From Vicugna vicugna (taxonomy: Eukaryota), in the NCBI GenBank assembly GCA_013265495.1, contig MU058844.1:7687260-7751259 (forward strand): 64,000 nucleotides of DNA. The letters are read 5' to 3'. This document shows, in pieces, positions 24,900-38,197 of this stretch. Made by a program: the position numbers and the translations under genes. Positions within the stretch are counted from its first letter, which is position 1. Each line of letters opens with the position of its first letter. Under the pieces are notes generated by a model. That model was not told where the DNA came from, made no database searches, and saw only the letters and a program-made list of their open reading frames with translations.

Positions 24900-25310
24900 T
24901 CTTTCTGCATAATTATTCAATTATACATGAATATAATTCTCATTAAAAAATGAAATGTTACAGAAAAAGCTAAAGTCTCCTTCATATCATTGTCAATTCC
25001 ACTCCTCAGCTGTAACCATCATGTCTACATAGATACTCTATTGTACTTCTGTGCATTTACACCAATATATGCACCCATAGAAAATGCAGTCCTGTTATGT
25101 AGGGTTTTTTTTTTTAATGCTACAATATCTTAGAAATCTATCGCACCACCTCTTTCTTTTCAACTCTTATGTCACAATCCATAGAATGAAAATATATCAT
25201 CCTTTATCCATTCTCTTACTGGTGGACATTTAATCATTTTCAAAATGTTTATCAATAGTGTTTTAGTGAATACCCTTGTACCTGATTTCTTAAGCACATA
25301 GCACTTAATA
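24900..25310 (-). mobile_element. L1ME-type 3' fragment
   Basis: tttatccattctcttactggtggacatttaatcattttcaa. Confidence 0.65.
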
Positions 25311-25514
25311 TTCTCCCCCTTTTCTTCTTTACCTGATTCAACTTCTGTCTAAATGTCATTCAAGGTATCTCAAATATTACTAATATCTGGAAATCTATAT
25401 AATAGTTTTTTCTTTTTCTCCCTAGAATGAAAATGACTTCTTATTTGGACACAATATAGCCCAGTTTCTTTTATAGTTACTTATCTGGAATATCCCAAGG
25501 AGTAGACAATTTTC

Positions 25515-25640
25515 TTAATTTTTATTCACTAAGCAAATCTTTGCGAGCATGTTCTATGTCACAAAGAACTGTTCTAGATACTAGAAATGCAACAAGAAAC
25601 AAAACACCATAGGCTCTGCCCATATGAAAAAGGACCATCC
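25515..25640 (-). mobile_element. L2 3' end
   Basis: attcactaagcaaatctttgcgagcatgttctatgt...ctgttctagatactag. Confidence 0.6.
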
Positions 25641-25771
25641 CGTATATCCTGATTCCCTTTCAGTGCTGAACATGTCATAATTGACATAAATGTTCAGTAA
25701 ATCTTTTGGGAAGGCTGACTTATGCTCATGATGTGATATAAATAAATGAGCCAGGATAACAATATACCTAG

Positions 25772-26218
25772 TGCGACAGTTAATTTTATGTCAACTTATT
25801 TGGGCCATGGTGCCCTGCTGTGTGATCAAACATTATTCTGGATGTTTCTGTAATGATGTTTTCTGAAAATATTAACATTTAAATCAGTTGATTTTGAATA
25901 AAGCAACTGTCCTCCATAATGTGGGTGGGCCTCATCCAATCAGTTGAAGACCTGAATAGCACAAAGACTGACATCGCCTGAGCAAAGACAAGACTCTGTC
26001 AGTAGACAGCCTTTGAAATTGAACTGCAACAGGTCCTCTCCTTTAGGTCTTCAGCCTGATGACCTCTGGACTAGAACAGCAGCTTTTAGACACGCCAGCC
26101 TCCACAATAACGTGAACCGACTCCTTAAAATAAACACACATGCGCACACACTCAACTGGCAGACACACACACACACACTCTATTGGTTCTATTTCTCTAG
26201 AGAACCCTGACTAATACA
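25772..26218 (+). mobile_element. MLT2 (ERVL) LTR
   Basis: gttaattttatgtcaactt...aatgtgggtgggcctcatccaatcagttgaag...ctagagaaccctgactaataca. Confidence 0.92.
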
Positions 26219-26681
26219 CAGAAGGGAGAAGGCAAAATAGTTTAGTTCTTACTCAAGGACCATGGGGAGGCTCTGTAGTAACCTGTGTTACTGCTGCCCT
26301 TCCCTTTGTGAGGACTGCCAAAATTCGGCTTGGCTATGTACTAATGGGATCCCTGCCCATGGGAGAACTCTCCTTCCCCATTCTGTCAACAAAATAAAGC
26401 TTTCCACATGACTTACTTCGGTCAACAAATGAGTGAATAACCTATGCCACTTGCAAGTATACACTATTTTCCCTCCACCACACAAATAGCATGTCCTAGA
26501 GATTGCTCCCTCCTACTGAACACCAGACGAAAAGGCACAGAGACTACAGCTATGACTAATCTATAAGCACTGAACATAAATGTGAGTAAGAGAGAAACCT
26601 TGCTTGTTTTAATCATTTTGTAACTTCCATTACTATAGCAAAAATAGCCTTCTGCAGCTTCCATTGTTACAGCAAAAGTAG

Positions 26682-26862
26682 TACAGGTAAAGCTTGAACA
26701 GTGAAGTGGTTTGGTGCACCAACTCTTTGCATAGTCAAAAACCCACATATACTTTATTGTCAGCCCTCCATACATGTAGTCTCTCCATGTTTGCAGTTCC
26801 ACACGCATGGATTCAATCAATCATGGACTATGTAGTACTATCGTATTTACTATTGAAGAAAA
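26682..26862 (+). mobile_element. Tigger2a-like (TcMar) MITE, truncated
   Basis: caggtaaagcttgaaca...gcatggattcaatcaatcatggactatgtagtactatcgtatttactattgaa. Confidence 0.7.
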
Positions 26863-27250
26863 ATATGCCTGTTGGCCACTCACATAACCTCTTTGGAAAA
26901 GTGTCTACTCAGTTCCTCTGCCCATTTTCTAATTTTTTTTATTTTTTGATGTTAAGAGCTATTTATATATTTTGGATATTAATCCTTTATCAATCATATC
27001 ATTTCCAAATATTTTTTCCCATTCAGCAGACTTTTTATTTTGTCAGTAGTTTCCTTTGCTGTGCAAAAGCTTTTAAGTTTAATTAGGCCCCATTTGTTTA
27101 TTTTTGATTGTATTTCTTTTACCTTAGGAGACATATACAAAAAGATCCTGCTGCAATTTATGTCAAAGAGTATTCTGCCTATGTTTTCCTCTAGGAGTTT
27201 TATAGTATTCAGTCTTACATTTAGGTCTTTAATCCATTTTGAGTTTATCT
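26863..27250 (-). mobile_element. L1 ORF2 3' fragment
   Basis: tttcctttgctgtgcaaaagcttttaagtttaattagg...ggtctttaatccattttgagttt. Confidence 0.88.
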
Positions 27251-27945
27251 GGGGCCAAAGGAGACTTCTGGGAATTTAAAGGAAATCCTGGAGATCTGCA
27301 TTACTAGGGAACTTTGAAAATCTCCAACAGGACATATTCTGGAGTTCTGAAAGAATGCACACATGTCAAGGAGACACCTAGGACAGAAGGCGGCTCCAAT
27401 TGCTCACCTATAGTTAACATTAAGGCTTGCACAACCATTGTGAAAAGCTAAGACTGTCCTGTAAAATGTGAAAAGTCTGAGGTAAACCTTTTTACACAGA
27501 TCCCCTTGGCAAAGGGTGGAAAACAGACAAGGCATTTAAGAAAATATGATTGATCACTGACAGAGCATTAAATTACACTTAAGCATGTGAGACCTCTAGA
27601 AAGCAGGGTTAAAAATAAAAACAAGAACTTAAAAACAAAAAGCTAGTAGTAGTAGAAATCTCAGTGTCCACATACCACAGGGAATACAGAAGCTACAGAA
27701 TTAGTCGAAGGTTTCTAAACAATAAGCAGCAACAAGGGAAAAAAAGCAACAATAAATGCTAGAGAGTAGAGAAATTCCATACCAGAGGTGATAGATTTCT
27801 AAAATGTCCCATTTCAACCAAGAATTATGAGAAATGAAAACAAAAAGGAAAGCATGCCACATGTACAAGGAGTGAGGGATCGGGGGACGCAGCCAACAGA
27901 AAATGTCCCAGAGGAAAGCCCAGACATTGGAATTAGTAGGCATCA
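27251..27945 (+). mobile_element. Old L1 5'/ORF1-proximal fragment
   Basis: aaaatgtcccatttcaaccaagaattatgaga...gcccagacattggaattagtag. Confidence 0.65.
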
Positions 27946-28590
27946 CATTTCCTATAGAAAACGGATAAATTCGTTGACATATAATTTTGTTCATAGTAGT
28001 CACTTATGATCCTTTTTATTTCTGTGGCATTAGTTGCAATGTCTGCTCTTTTATTTCTGATTGCAAGTGTTCTTTTTGCCTTAATTTAGCTAATGGTTTG
28101 TCAATTTTGTTTCATTTTGGAAAAAAAAAACAGTTTTCCTGATTTTTTTCTATTATTTTTCTATTTTGTTTATTTTGAGCTAATCTTTTTATGTTGTACT
28201 TTCATTTTGGTTTGCCTCAGGGTATTTTCTAACTTCCTTTTTGATGTCTTCTTTGACCTAATGGCTGTTCAAGAGTGAGTTCTTAAGTTTCCACATATTT
28301 GTAAATTTCCCAGTTCCCTTTTGCTGTTGATATCTTGTTTCACCAGAAAAGACACTTGGTATGATTTCAATCTTCTTAAATTCAATCTCCTTAAAATCTT
28401 AACTTTGTTAAGATTTGTTTTGTGACCTAATATGTAATCTATCCTGGAGAAAGTTCTGTATGCATTTAAGAATGTGTATTCTGCTGCTGTTGGGTGAAAT
28501 GTTCTGTATATGTCTATTGGGATCAATTTGTCAATTATATTAATGTTTTAAGTATCTTGTTTCCCTATTGATTTGTCTAGATGTTCTAGT
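27946..28590 (-). mobile_element. L1 ORF2 endonuclease-region fragment
   Basis: ORF 28269-28526 reads DIYRTFHPTAAEYTF...TFSRIDYILGHKTNL. Confidence 0.9.
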
Positions 28591-30619
28591 TTTCTGTTTT
28601 AACCAAAGAAAAGAGTATAATGTGCTGAATATTTTGTCTAGTAACTTAGAAAATTGTTTTTGGTAAAAGAAAAGACATTTTTTAAAAGAAAGCATAAAAT
28701 AGTAAGTATCTTATAGAAGGAAATAAGACGAATTTTGACAGCGATTGGGATATATTCCGTATAACTTGGTAAGAATCAGTTTTTGCTACCTTTTAAAAAT
28801 AAACATATTATGTCCTGAAGAAATAACACACAAATTTTATTTTTAGAATTTATCAAACATACCTTGATCATTTTTGTAGCCTCAGAAAACACTTTAGTGA
28901 TGCTTTAAAAAAAAAAAAAACTAACCTATCCTACTTCAGTTTTTGTGGCTGTTTATTTCTAGCTAATTACACATCCCAGAGACAAAGGTCTAGAATAGCT
29001 GAGAAGAATTGCTTATACTTGAAAATGCCACTTCTAGCAGTCAGTAATTTTTGTTCCAAGGACTCTTCCATCGAGAAAAAAAAAATGCTTTTTTAAAAAA
29101 ATGACAGGGGTGGAGGTGAGAATAAAGAGAAAAATAAGTAAAAAGAAAGCTGTTCTTATATTCAAGGCCATACACTACTGTGTATCTGAATTCAGAGTAT
29201 CTCAGCAGACCAAAATATCCAATTTGTAAAAATCTTTTCATTTTGAAAAAAATGTAAGAACATCCCTTACAGTATATTTGACTTTCGATTTCTCATTTTT
29301 GATGGAATCGTGTTTCCTATCCACAGCAGGAGCTCTCTTATAAGGTTCCAGCAAAATGTCAGCACCTCCCATGGAGATAGATGTCAACATTGTATCTTGA
29401 GCAGAGATACTGAGAGTGATTGGGTTGTTTACTTTACGGCTTCATAATACTGTGAGGTAAGATTCATACCACATATCGTACCTTAAGAATGGTTTTATTT
29501 ATTCATATATTTGAACCTCTCTATAACCCTGTCCTTAGGTTCCTTGTTCTAAATCTCATTGCTGTATCTTTCTGACCTTTTAGTAGTTCATAAGGAATTC
29601 ACCACATCCTCATTCTATACCACACTTGATACAGTAAATAAGACTGTTTTAATCCTAAAATATACTTTAAGATATACTTTTATTATGAAAAGAATTTCTT
29701 CTCTTGTGAAAGTTGGTGCTCTGCACAAAATAAACCACATTACTCACACGTTGTCTGTTCATCCCTCTGGAATATGCTTATGTAGAAGAATTTTTCCATC
29801 AAATAAAAAAGAGCCACAGATTTTGTTCTGAACTAAGGAATCCATTATACATTTAAGTAAATTTGACTCTGTTTAAATAGTCTCAATGCTTTGTAAAATT
29901 AAACTTGGCTGATTGTTTGTTTTCTAGGGTGATCATTAAAGGACAAAGCAGAATGTGAGAGCAAAGCATTATTGGCAAGCGTTACTTGTTTGCTTCTCTC
30001 TGTAAATGAGCAGCCAATGTTAACTTCTGTGCTCATGACAGTGTTCCAAGCAACCCATCTCTCTCAATCTAACATCCATTTGGCCATGAAAGTCTTATTT
30101 ATTATCAATTCATCCTCTACTCTTCACGACTATTGCAGCTGCCTTACCTCAGACCCTCATTTTTTTTCTTTCTCTTAAAGTTAAATGTTGTGTATTTTAA
30201 AATAAGCTCAAACATACAGAAAAGTAGCCAGAACTCCTATATCCCCTTCAATTTGAATACCCAGTTGTTAACATTTTACCACATTTGCCCCATTGTGTCC
30301 CCCTGCATACATACATACACAATGTGACTGTGTACATAATACACACATGTATGTACCTAAGTCCTTTTCAGAACTTTTTGAGAGCAAGCTGCAGATTTAA
30401 TACCCCCATTTTCCTTAAATACCCCAAACACTCCAGTATGTATTTCTTTAAAACTCTACATCTATATAAACTACCATATAACCCTCCAAATCAGTTATTC
30501 AACACTGATACCACCACCTTCTCAGACTTTTTTCCAGATGTATTTGCTGTCCCACCGTGATAGATCAAAGATGGCTGCAATAACTTTGCTATTTGTCTCA
30601 TCAAGATGTATCATCCAAT

Positions 30620-32126
30620 ATTACAGAGTTACAGTAATCAAAACAGCATGGTATTGGCATAAAAACAGACATATGGATCAATGGAACAAAACAGAGAGCC
30701 CAGAAATAAATCTATAGACCTATGGTCAATTACTCTTTGACAAAGGAGGTAAGAATATACAATAGAGAAAAGACAGCCTCTTCAGCAAGTGGTGTTGGGA
30801 AAACTAGATAGCAACCAGTAAATTAATGAATTTAGAAAACTCCCTCACTCCATACACAAAAATTAACTCAAAATGGCTTGAAGATTTAAACGTAAGACAT
30901 GATAAACCTCCTAGAAGAAAACATAGGCAAAACATTCTCTGACATAAATCTTAGCAATGCTCTCCTAGCGCAGTCTACCCAGGAAATGGAAACAAGAGCA
31001 AAAATAAACAAATGGGACCTAATTAAACTCACAAGCTTTTGAACAACAAAGGAAATCATAAGCAAAACAACAACCTACGGAATAGGAGAAAATATTTCCA
31101 AATCATGTGACTGACAAAGGCTTAATTTCCAGAATATATAAACAGCTCATACAACTTAACAAAAAAACAAACAACCCAATCCAAAGATGGGCAGAGGACC
31201 TAAACAAGCAATTCTCCAAGGAAGACATACAAATGATCAACAGGCACATGCAAAAATGCTCAATATCACTAATTATCAGAGAAATGCAAATCAAATCTGC
31301 AATGAGGTATCACCTCACACCAGTCAGAATGGCCATCATTCAAAAGTCTATGAATGATAAATGCTGGAGAAGGTGTGGAGAAAAGGGAACCTCCTACACT
31401 GTTGGTGGGAATATAATTTGGTGCAGCCATTATAGAAAACAATAGGGAGTTTCCTCAAAAAAACTAAAAACAGACTTACCATATGATACAGCAATCCCAC
31501 TCCTGGGTGTATATCAGGAGGGAACTCTAATTCAAAAAGATACATGCATCCCAATGTTCATAACAGCACTATATGCAATAGCCAAGACATGGAAGCAACC
31601 TAAATGTCCATTAACAGATGACGAGATAAAGAAGTTGTGGTATATTTATACAATGGAATATTACTCAGTCATAAAAAAAGAATAAAATAATGCCATTTGT
31701 AGCAACATGAATGGACCTAGAAATCATCATTCTAAGTGAAATAAGCCAGAAAGAGAAAGAAAAATACCATAAGATATCACTCGTATGTGGAATCTTAAAA
31801 AAAAAAAAAGAACACTATGAACTTATCTACAAAACAGAAACAGACTCGCAGACATAGTAAACAATCTTATGGTTACTGGGGAAAGGAGGTAGGAAGAGAT
31901 AAATTTGGGAGTTTGAGATTTACAAATGTTAGCCACCATATATAAAAATATATTTTTAAAAAGTTTCTTTTGTATAGCACAGGGAACTATGTTTAATATC
32001 ATGTAATACCATTTAATGAAAAAGAATATGAAAATGAATATATGTATGTATATACATGATGGGGACATTGTGCTGTATACCAGAAATAGACACATTGTGA
32101 CTGACTATACTTCAATTAAAAAAAAA
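30620..32126 (+). mobile_element. Lineage-specific 5'-truncated L1 (ORF2 C-terminus, 3' UTR, polyA)
   Basis: ORF 31107-31445 [13 protein letters not shown]...[16 protein letters not shown]; cetartiodactyl-type 3' UTR; TSD gtatcatccaat / gtgtcatctaat. Confidence 0.95.
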
Positions 32127-32426
32127 GTGTCATCTAATTCCTCTACCCTTAAATCAGGGCTGAAATTAATGACTCCTACCAATACTATTCATAGGCTCCT
32201 GAGCTGCCATATAAAATGTTTCATTTCCTGAGACCACTATGCTGCAGTGGCCACAGGTAAGAAGTAACTTTGAAAGTCCCAGCTGAGCCCAGTCTTCCAA
32301 CCACCCCTGCCAAGACTCTAGAAATGTGATTGAGGCTGTACTGGGCCCTCTATTCCTGCCCATCTGCCAACAGTCAATACCACATTACAAAGAATAATTG
32401 TTCAGGTAAGTATGGCCTAAATTTCT

Positions 32427-32523
32427 TTTTTTTTCTTTTTTTTTTTTATAATTTAAAATTTTTTATTGAATAACTTTAACATGTGACACTGCATAAGTTT
32501 AAGGTGTAACAGGCGTTGCTTTG
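32427..32523 (-). mobile_element. 97-bp L1 3'-end insertion with polyA
   Basis: Perfect 15-bp TSD atggcctaaatttct at 32412-32426 and 32524-32538. Confidence 0.9.
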
Positions 32524-34159
32524 ATGGCCTAAATTTCTGACCTAAAAAATCATGAGACATAATATAATGCCTATTTCTTTGTGTCACTAAGTTATGGGGA
32601 AATCTTTGCCCAGAAATAGATAAAACATCTCACAAAGTCTCATTTTTCTTTCTAGTCTAATACCCTAGAAATATGCTTACACTTGGTTATTGTGTATTAC
32701 AGACTCCTTCAATCTGGAACTTTTTTTGAGTCCGTCTCAGTCTTTCATGTTATTATAGTTTTGAAGAGAACAGGTCTTGCAGTCTGTAGGGTGGCTTTTA
32801 GCCTGGGCCCATCTAAAGAGTCTTCATGACCAGACTCACATTATGCATTTTTGGCAGGAAAACCACAGAAATGATGCTGTGCTCTTTGTGGTGCCTCACA
32901 TCAGGTAAGGCATACGATGTCACTCTGTCCCAGCACTAGTGATATCAGTGTTAATGATCTTGTCTTGGTGGTGTCTACTGGCTTTCTTCACCTTAAATTC
33001 ACAAATTTTCTGTTTGTAATTGATTAGTATTTAGTGGAGAGGTGTTCCAAAATTATACTATTACTCTGTTCCTCAAATTCTACCTGCCAGCCTTAGCACC
33101 CATGCGCAATTTTCAATGAAATCAACCTTATCCGATGGCTGTCAAAGGATGATTCTCTATTTCCAACATTTACTGGAACTCTCTGAGGAATAGCTTTCCA
33201 TTCTCTGCCATTTACCTATTTGCTTACTTATTAATCCATATTAGCATACATTAATAGATTTTATTATATCAATAATTACTAGCAATATTTTGATACTGAA
33301 GTTCCCCTCTATTAATCCACTGAAAGTGCCTTCAAAATTATTATTTTATCATTTTACAACATCTTTATTACTTTTGAGGACTTTTTTTTTCACAACATGT
33401 TTAAAGCCTATCTTGGACCTCCTCTGTCCCAACCTGTAATCAGCCATTTCCCCTTTAAGGGAAGATGATATTTAGAAAACAAATTCTGGGCATTGGTGGC
33501 ATTCACTGCTCCTGAGGCATTATTGTTTCTAAGCCCTCTCAGAACTAGGCAACATTTATATTACATCCGTATAATTACATCTATACAATGCTACTTAAGT
33601 GATACATATACATACTAGAAATTTGCACTGATGCCTCATATTACCATCTAAGATCAATTCTTTCAAGTCTTCTCCATATCCCTGATTGTACTGTATCTCC
33701 TCCGGGTCTGAGAAACCTGACTCAAAGCTGACTCAAAATGTATTCACTTGCTTAATGTACTGTTTGTCTGATGTAACCCATCTTCCAACACATGAACCAT
33801 CTCCTCCTGTTGCTGCGTCTGCAGCAGCCCTGCCTGGCCCCATGTCCTCTTTTTCCAGACCCACCATCTCATGCCTCCATGGAGTTCCTCAACTCTGGAC
33901 TGATTCTTCTTGCAGCTCCACAACCCTCCCTCCTTGCTCCATGTCTTTGGCTGCCGTATTGACTGTGCCAGGAAGGTAGTGGATGACAGTAAAAGAAAAA
34001 AAGGGGGGGTGGGGAGGAAGGAGGAGCCCTTGTTCTTTCTTGTGATACTGAATATCTTCTTAACTGTTCTCCTTGCCCAGACTTGCCCCCCACCTCATGC
34101 CTTTCCAACCCGACAAACTAGAGGCAGACTATTCCTAAAATATGTACTACAATATATAG

Positions 34160-35010
34160 TGATGAAAATAGGAAGCTGAAAATTAACAATCCAATCATGT
34201 ATTCTTACTCTTTCACTTACTTGTGTTACTATGGACGTTTAGTTTATCTGAGACTCAGTTTCAAATAGGGAAATAATGCTTACTTAGAAGATGCATTGTA
34301 AAGATTCAGGGTGAATATATGGAATGCCAAGAACATAATTACAGCTGCTGTGGTAGTTGTTAAAACCCTCATGACAAACTCAAACTTGATTCTGAAACTC
34401 CTGCTAAAAAATACTTCTACGTGAAATTCAATTTAAAAGTTTAAAACCTTCCACTACACCTCATGACCAACAGTATAAAATGTAAACTATTGTTATCTTT
34501 AGAGATGTTCTATGAGACGGCCTCAGCTCACATCCCCAAGACTCACTTCCCAACTCTCCCCAGTTGTCACTTACGTTGCGGCCAAACTAAAGGCCTTGCA
34601 TTTCCTTCACTTTAGCATGTTGTCCTCTTTCTATGCTTTGCATGTACTGTTGCCCCAACTTAAAGCTGTTCTTTTCCTAAATATCCAACTACTGCTAAAC
34701 CTTTACTTACCCTTTAAGATTAGGAAGAACTTGATCTCCTCTGGAAACCTCCCTTAACTATCTCCACAGCAAGTAGAATTAACTCTTCCATTTACTGGAC
34801 CTCGACTGTGACTCTCTGGTGCCTTTATTATGTAACACTTGTAACATATGACAGCTATTTATACACACACCACTTGCCTTACCAGACTGTGAGCTCATTG
34901 AGGATAAAGACTACACCTTGCTCATTTTGATATTCCCAAGACATGCATTTTCTGGCCAGTTGTGCAGTCTCACCAATAATAAACTCTCAATAAATATTTG
35001 TTTAATAAAG
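34160..35010 (+). mobile_element. MIR (about 34160-34360) and L2 3' region (about 34500-35010)
   Basis: ttatctgagactcagtttcaaatagggaaataatg; agactgtgagctcattgaggataaagact...ctcaataaatatttgtt. Confidence 0.7.
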
Positions 35011-35478
35011 AATCCTTAAAATGGTTAGAATAATCAATAATTATCAACCATATATTCACTACTAATTATTCCATACTATCCTAAGCAATGTCAATTTTTC
35101 TTATAAAAGAAACAGCATAAAACCCTGTTATGGTCATCCTAGAAGATCTCTATCCTGTACATAAAAAAAATAAGGCTCAGAGGAGTCCCTAATTTGTGTA
35201 ATTTGTAGCATCTAGTAAAACTGACATCAGGGCTTGAGCTATTACTATACCAGTAATGCAGAAAATACGCAGCATATACATGAATACCAAGGTAAATATA
35301 AAGAAAAATATCATCCTAAAATAGGCTCGTCACATTTACTATATATGAATATATTTATTACATTCATATATTTCATATATACACATACTATATATATATG
35401 AAAGTCTCTTCCCCTTGGCACAATAAATCATTAAACACAATAAAACTAAATATTAATGGTTTGTCTAAACTACTCTAT

Positions 35479-35980
35479 AGTGTTGCTCTCCTGGCTCCAT
35501 TTTGTGTGGCTAAGTAGCCTGCAGGGACCTTGAATTTACACCAGCCCCTCCCTGGAGCACATGCCCTAGAAAAGAGCCTGCAGAGCCACAAGCAAATGTA
35601 AATTCTTCATAAGACTCCTGCAACGGCCCTTGTGATAAAATTTCCCCACCTCCCAGGGCCTTCCCTTTTTGTGCTCCTTAGGTAAGCTACTCAAGCTTAT
35701 CAAATTCCTACTCTTTCTGGTTTGAATTTATTCATCTAGACTCAGCCTAGGAACCCCAAAGCACTCCAGCCATGGAACTTGATAAAGGCATGTGTCCAGG
35801 TCCCACCATCTCCCCGCCCACATCTTGCCCTGACCTCCCCGTATGATTTCTTGAGGCATGCTGTGTACCTCCTCCAGGAGGTAGTAAAGTTCTATGTATC
35901 AATTTCCTCCTGGTCTTCAATGAAACAGAGGCTCACTGTCCAAGACCCCAGGGCTCTACTTTAAAACCAATACTTTAACA
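35479..35980 (+). mobile_element. ERVL LTR (MER74/MER54-like)
   Basis: tgttgctctcctggctccattttg...ttgataaaggcatgtg...gtgtacctcctccagga...actttaaca. Confidence 0.65.
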
Positions 35981-36300
35981 AGGTCACAAGGAAAACCATG
36001 TACAAAGGGAATATGAGAAATATTTCATATGTGTTTAACTCTTTTAATAAGTAACAGATGAAAGACCTCAGGTTCAGAAAACGTGACTGCCACACAGCCA
36101 CTAAACAGCCAAGTTCAAGATTCTCCATTCTACCTGCTTCATAGTTTGTTTTGCTCAACCACCTTACAATCCCAGAATTTTCAAAATACAAAACACAGCC
36201 ATCCTTTGTATTCAAGAAGACAAAACATATCATAGATTTGGGTGCAAAAAAATTGGACAGGAAATAAAATTTTAAAAGAGGAATAAATAATGAGCTAAGG

Positions 36301-36505
36301 CAGGGTTTGGCAAACTTTTCCCATAAAAGACCACGATAGTAAATATTTAAGGCTTTGTAGGCCATAAAGTCCCTGTCACAACTATTCAATTCTGCAGTTA
36401 TAGCAATAAAGCAGCCAAGGAATACAGAAGTGAATGAGTGTGGCTGTGTTTCAATAAAACTTTATTTACAAAAACAGATAGTACGCCATAGTTTGTGGAC
36501 CCCCA
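36301..36505 (+). mobile_element. MER58A-like hAT-Charlie MITE
   Basis: cagggtttggcaaactttt...ggctgtgtttcaataaaactttatttacaaaaacag; degenerate 8-bp TSD agctaagg / gactaagg. Confidence 0.9.
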
Positions 36506-36954
36506 GACTAAGGAATTGGATGTTCTTAACCATAAAGTATAATGAAAACTATTGATACTCACATTACACATTATACTTTAAGGCCTATATGCCAAAGGAA
36601 CAGTAGGAAGTGGTGTAGGGATAACATGATACAAAACTAGGAAAGAGTGAAAATGCAGTGAACCTCAAGGCAAAGGTGAGACCTGTTGGCTTTCCTGAAA
36701 ATGCCAAAATGAAAGACTGCCGTTGGGCAGGTAATGTGTAGGATATTGTATAAAGATATAAGCTTGATGGAAAGAGTCTCTTAGAAACATGTGCTGACTA
36801 GTTTACAATCAATTGGAAGTCAGAAGAAACAAACAAAAATATGCTTTCTGTTTCTAGGTATATATCTGGGTAGAATTATTTTATTGTGAAATAATCTTTT
36901 AGCACCTAAGACATTTGTGAAATCTATTCTCATATATAATGTTTCAAGTTAGAA

Positions 36955-37105
36955 CAACTGATCTCAACTATTAGTGGGTATTAAAATCACTTGAAATGGG
37001 TTTATTAATTATGTTGACTCCAGAGTTCCAGCCCCAGAGACGCTGATTCAGTAAGTCTTGGGTAGAGCACCCCAAGTAATTTTCACGAGGATGATCCCAG
37101 AACCA
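36955..37105. mobile_element. MER5-like MITE
   Basis: ccagccccagagacgctgattcagtaagtcttgggtagagc. Confidence 0.7.
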
Positions 37106-37410
37106 CACATGAGACATTCTCAATGAAAGCAAGAATTGCACGTATGGCATGTACTGTATCAAGCAGCCAGGAGCTTCTGAGAAGTAGAAGCAGATTCTCC
37201 TGCCTACTAGGGATAGTAAACAACCAGGAATAAGACTTAAAAAAAATAACACTGGTTACCTCCTAAGATGGGATTTGGCTCTCAAGAGATGCTTCTGGTA
37301 AGCTCCATGTGTAGGAATTGGATATTAAGAAGCTGCCCCATCCAGTTTCATAGTAAACCAGGGACCTGATCACTTAGCAACCACATCTATCTGCCTGCTG
37401 GACTTCCTCC

Positions 37411-37912
37411 TGTGTTCATTTCCTACTGCTTCTCTAAAAAATTACAACAAGCTTACCAGCTTAAAATCTAACAACGTATAATCTTGTAGATCAAGAGGTT
37501 CAAAGTCTAAAGCAGGTTTCACTGGGCTAAACAACCAAGGTCTTGAGAGGGCTGCGTTCCTTCTGGAGGCACTGAAGATAATCTTCTAGCCTTTCTTAGC
37601 TTCTAGAGGTCACCTACACTTCTGTGGCCCCTTCAGCTAGCTTCAAAGCCAGCAGCAAAACACTTCCACATCTCTGACTCCCAGCTTTCTCTTCTGCCTC
37701 TCACTTCTACTGTAAAGGGATCTTATGACTACATTGATCCTAGCCAAATAATTCAGGATAATCTAATTTAAAAATCAACTGATGAACAGCTTTAACTTCA
37801 TCATGTCATTTAATTCCCTATTGCCATGGAGCATGACATATCCACAGGTTCCTGGGATTAAGACCCAGACGTCTTGGGGAGGAGGAAGTATGCATCATTC
37901 TTTCTACCACGC
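37411..37912 (-). mobile_element. MLT1D-like LTR
   Basis: gggctgcgttccttctggagg...ttcaaagccagcagc...catatccacaggttcctgggattaagacc. Confidence 0.88.
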
Positions 37913-38197
37913 CCATAGGGAAGCTTTCTCTCCAACCACCAGAAAACAGGGAGTAGAAAAAAGAAAAGAGATTCTATAAGAAATTGGGAGTAGGCTCCTA
38001 ATAATGTGAAGGGTAGTAAAGCTGCCATCTAAAGCAGCACCTATATGTCTGGAGTGTGAGTTGCAGCCTGGTGCAATTCAGCAGTGGGAAAACCGGAGGG
38101 AAGAACGCAACACACCACGCGATGCCACAGAGGGAAATGAGGCGGTCACAGAGCATGACATCAAAGACCTATCATCTGAGAAAGGGAAATAAAAGGG

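Larger units (their letters stand above)
30556..32627 (+). mobile_element. MLT1H-like LTR split by two L1 insertions
   Basis: gtgatagatcaaagatggctgc...catcaaga resumes at 32127+ as tcctctacccttaaatcagggctg; ends gtcactaagttatgggg...aatagataaaaca. Confidence 0.8.
30170..33960 (-). mobile_element. Old L1MC/MD-type 3' region hosting nested insertions (host parts about 30170-30555 and 32630-33960)
   Basis: ctcaaacatacagaaaagtag...gttaacattttaccacatttg; atgcatttttggcaggaaaaccacagaaatgatgctgtg; aatcagccatttcccc. Confidence 0.8.

Noticed and set aside
29271..29481. Exon-like segments on both strands; faint hAT dimerisation-domain resemblance
   Set aside because: All frames from the plausible acceptors contain stops, and the hAT match is too weak to call.
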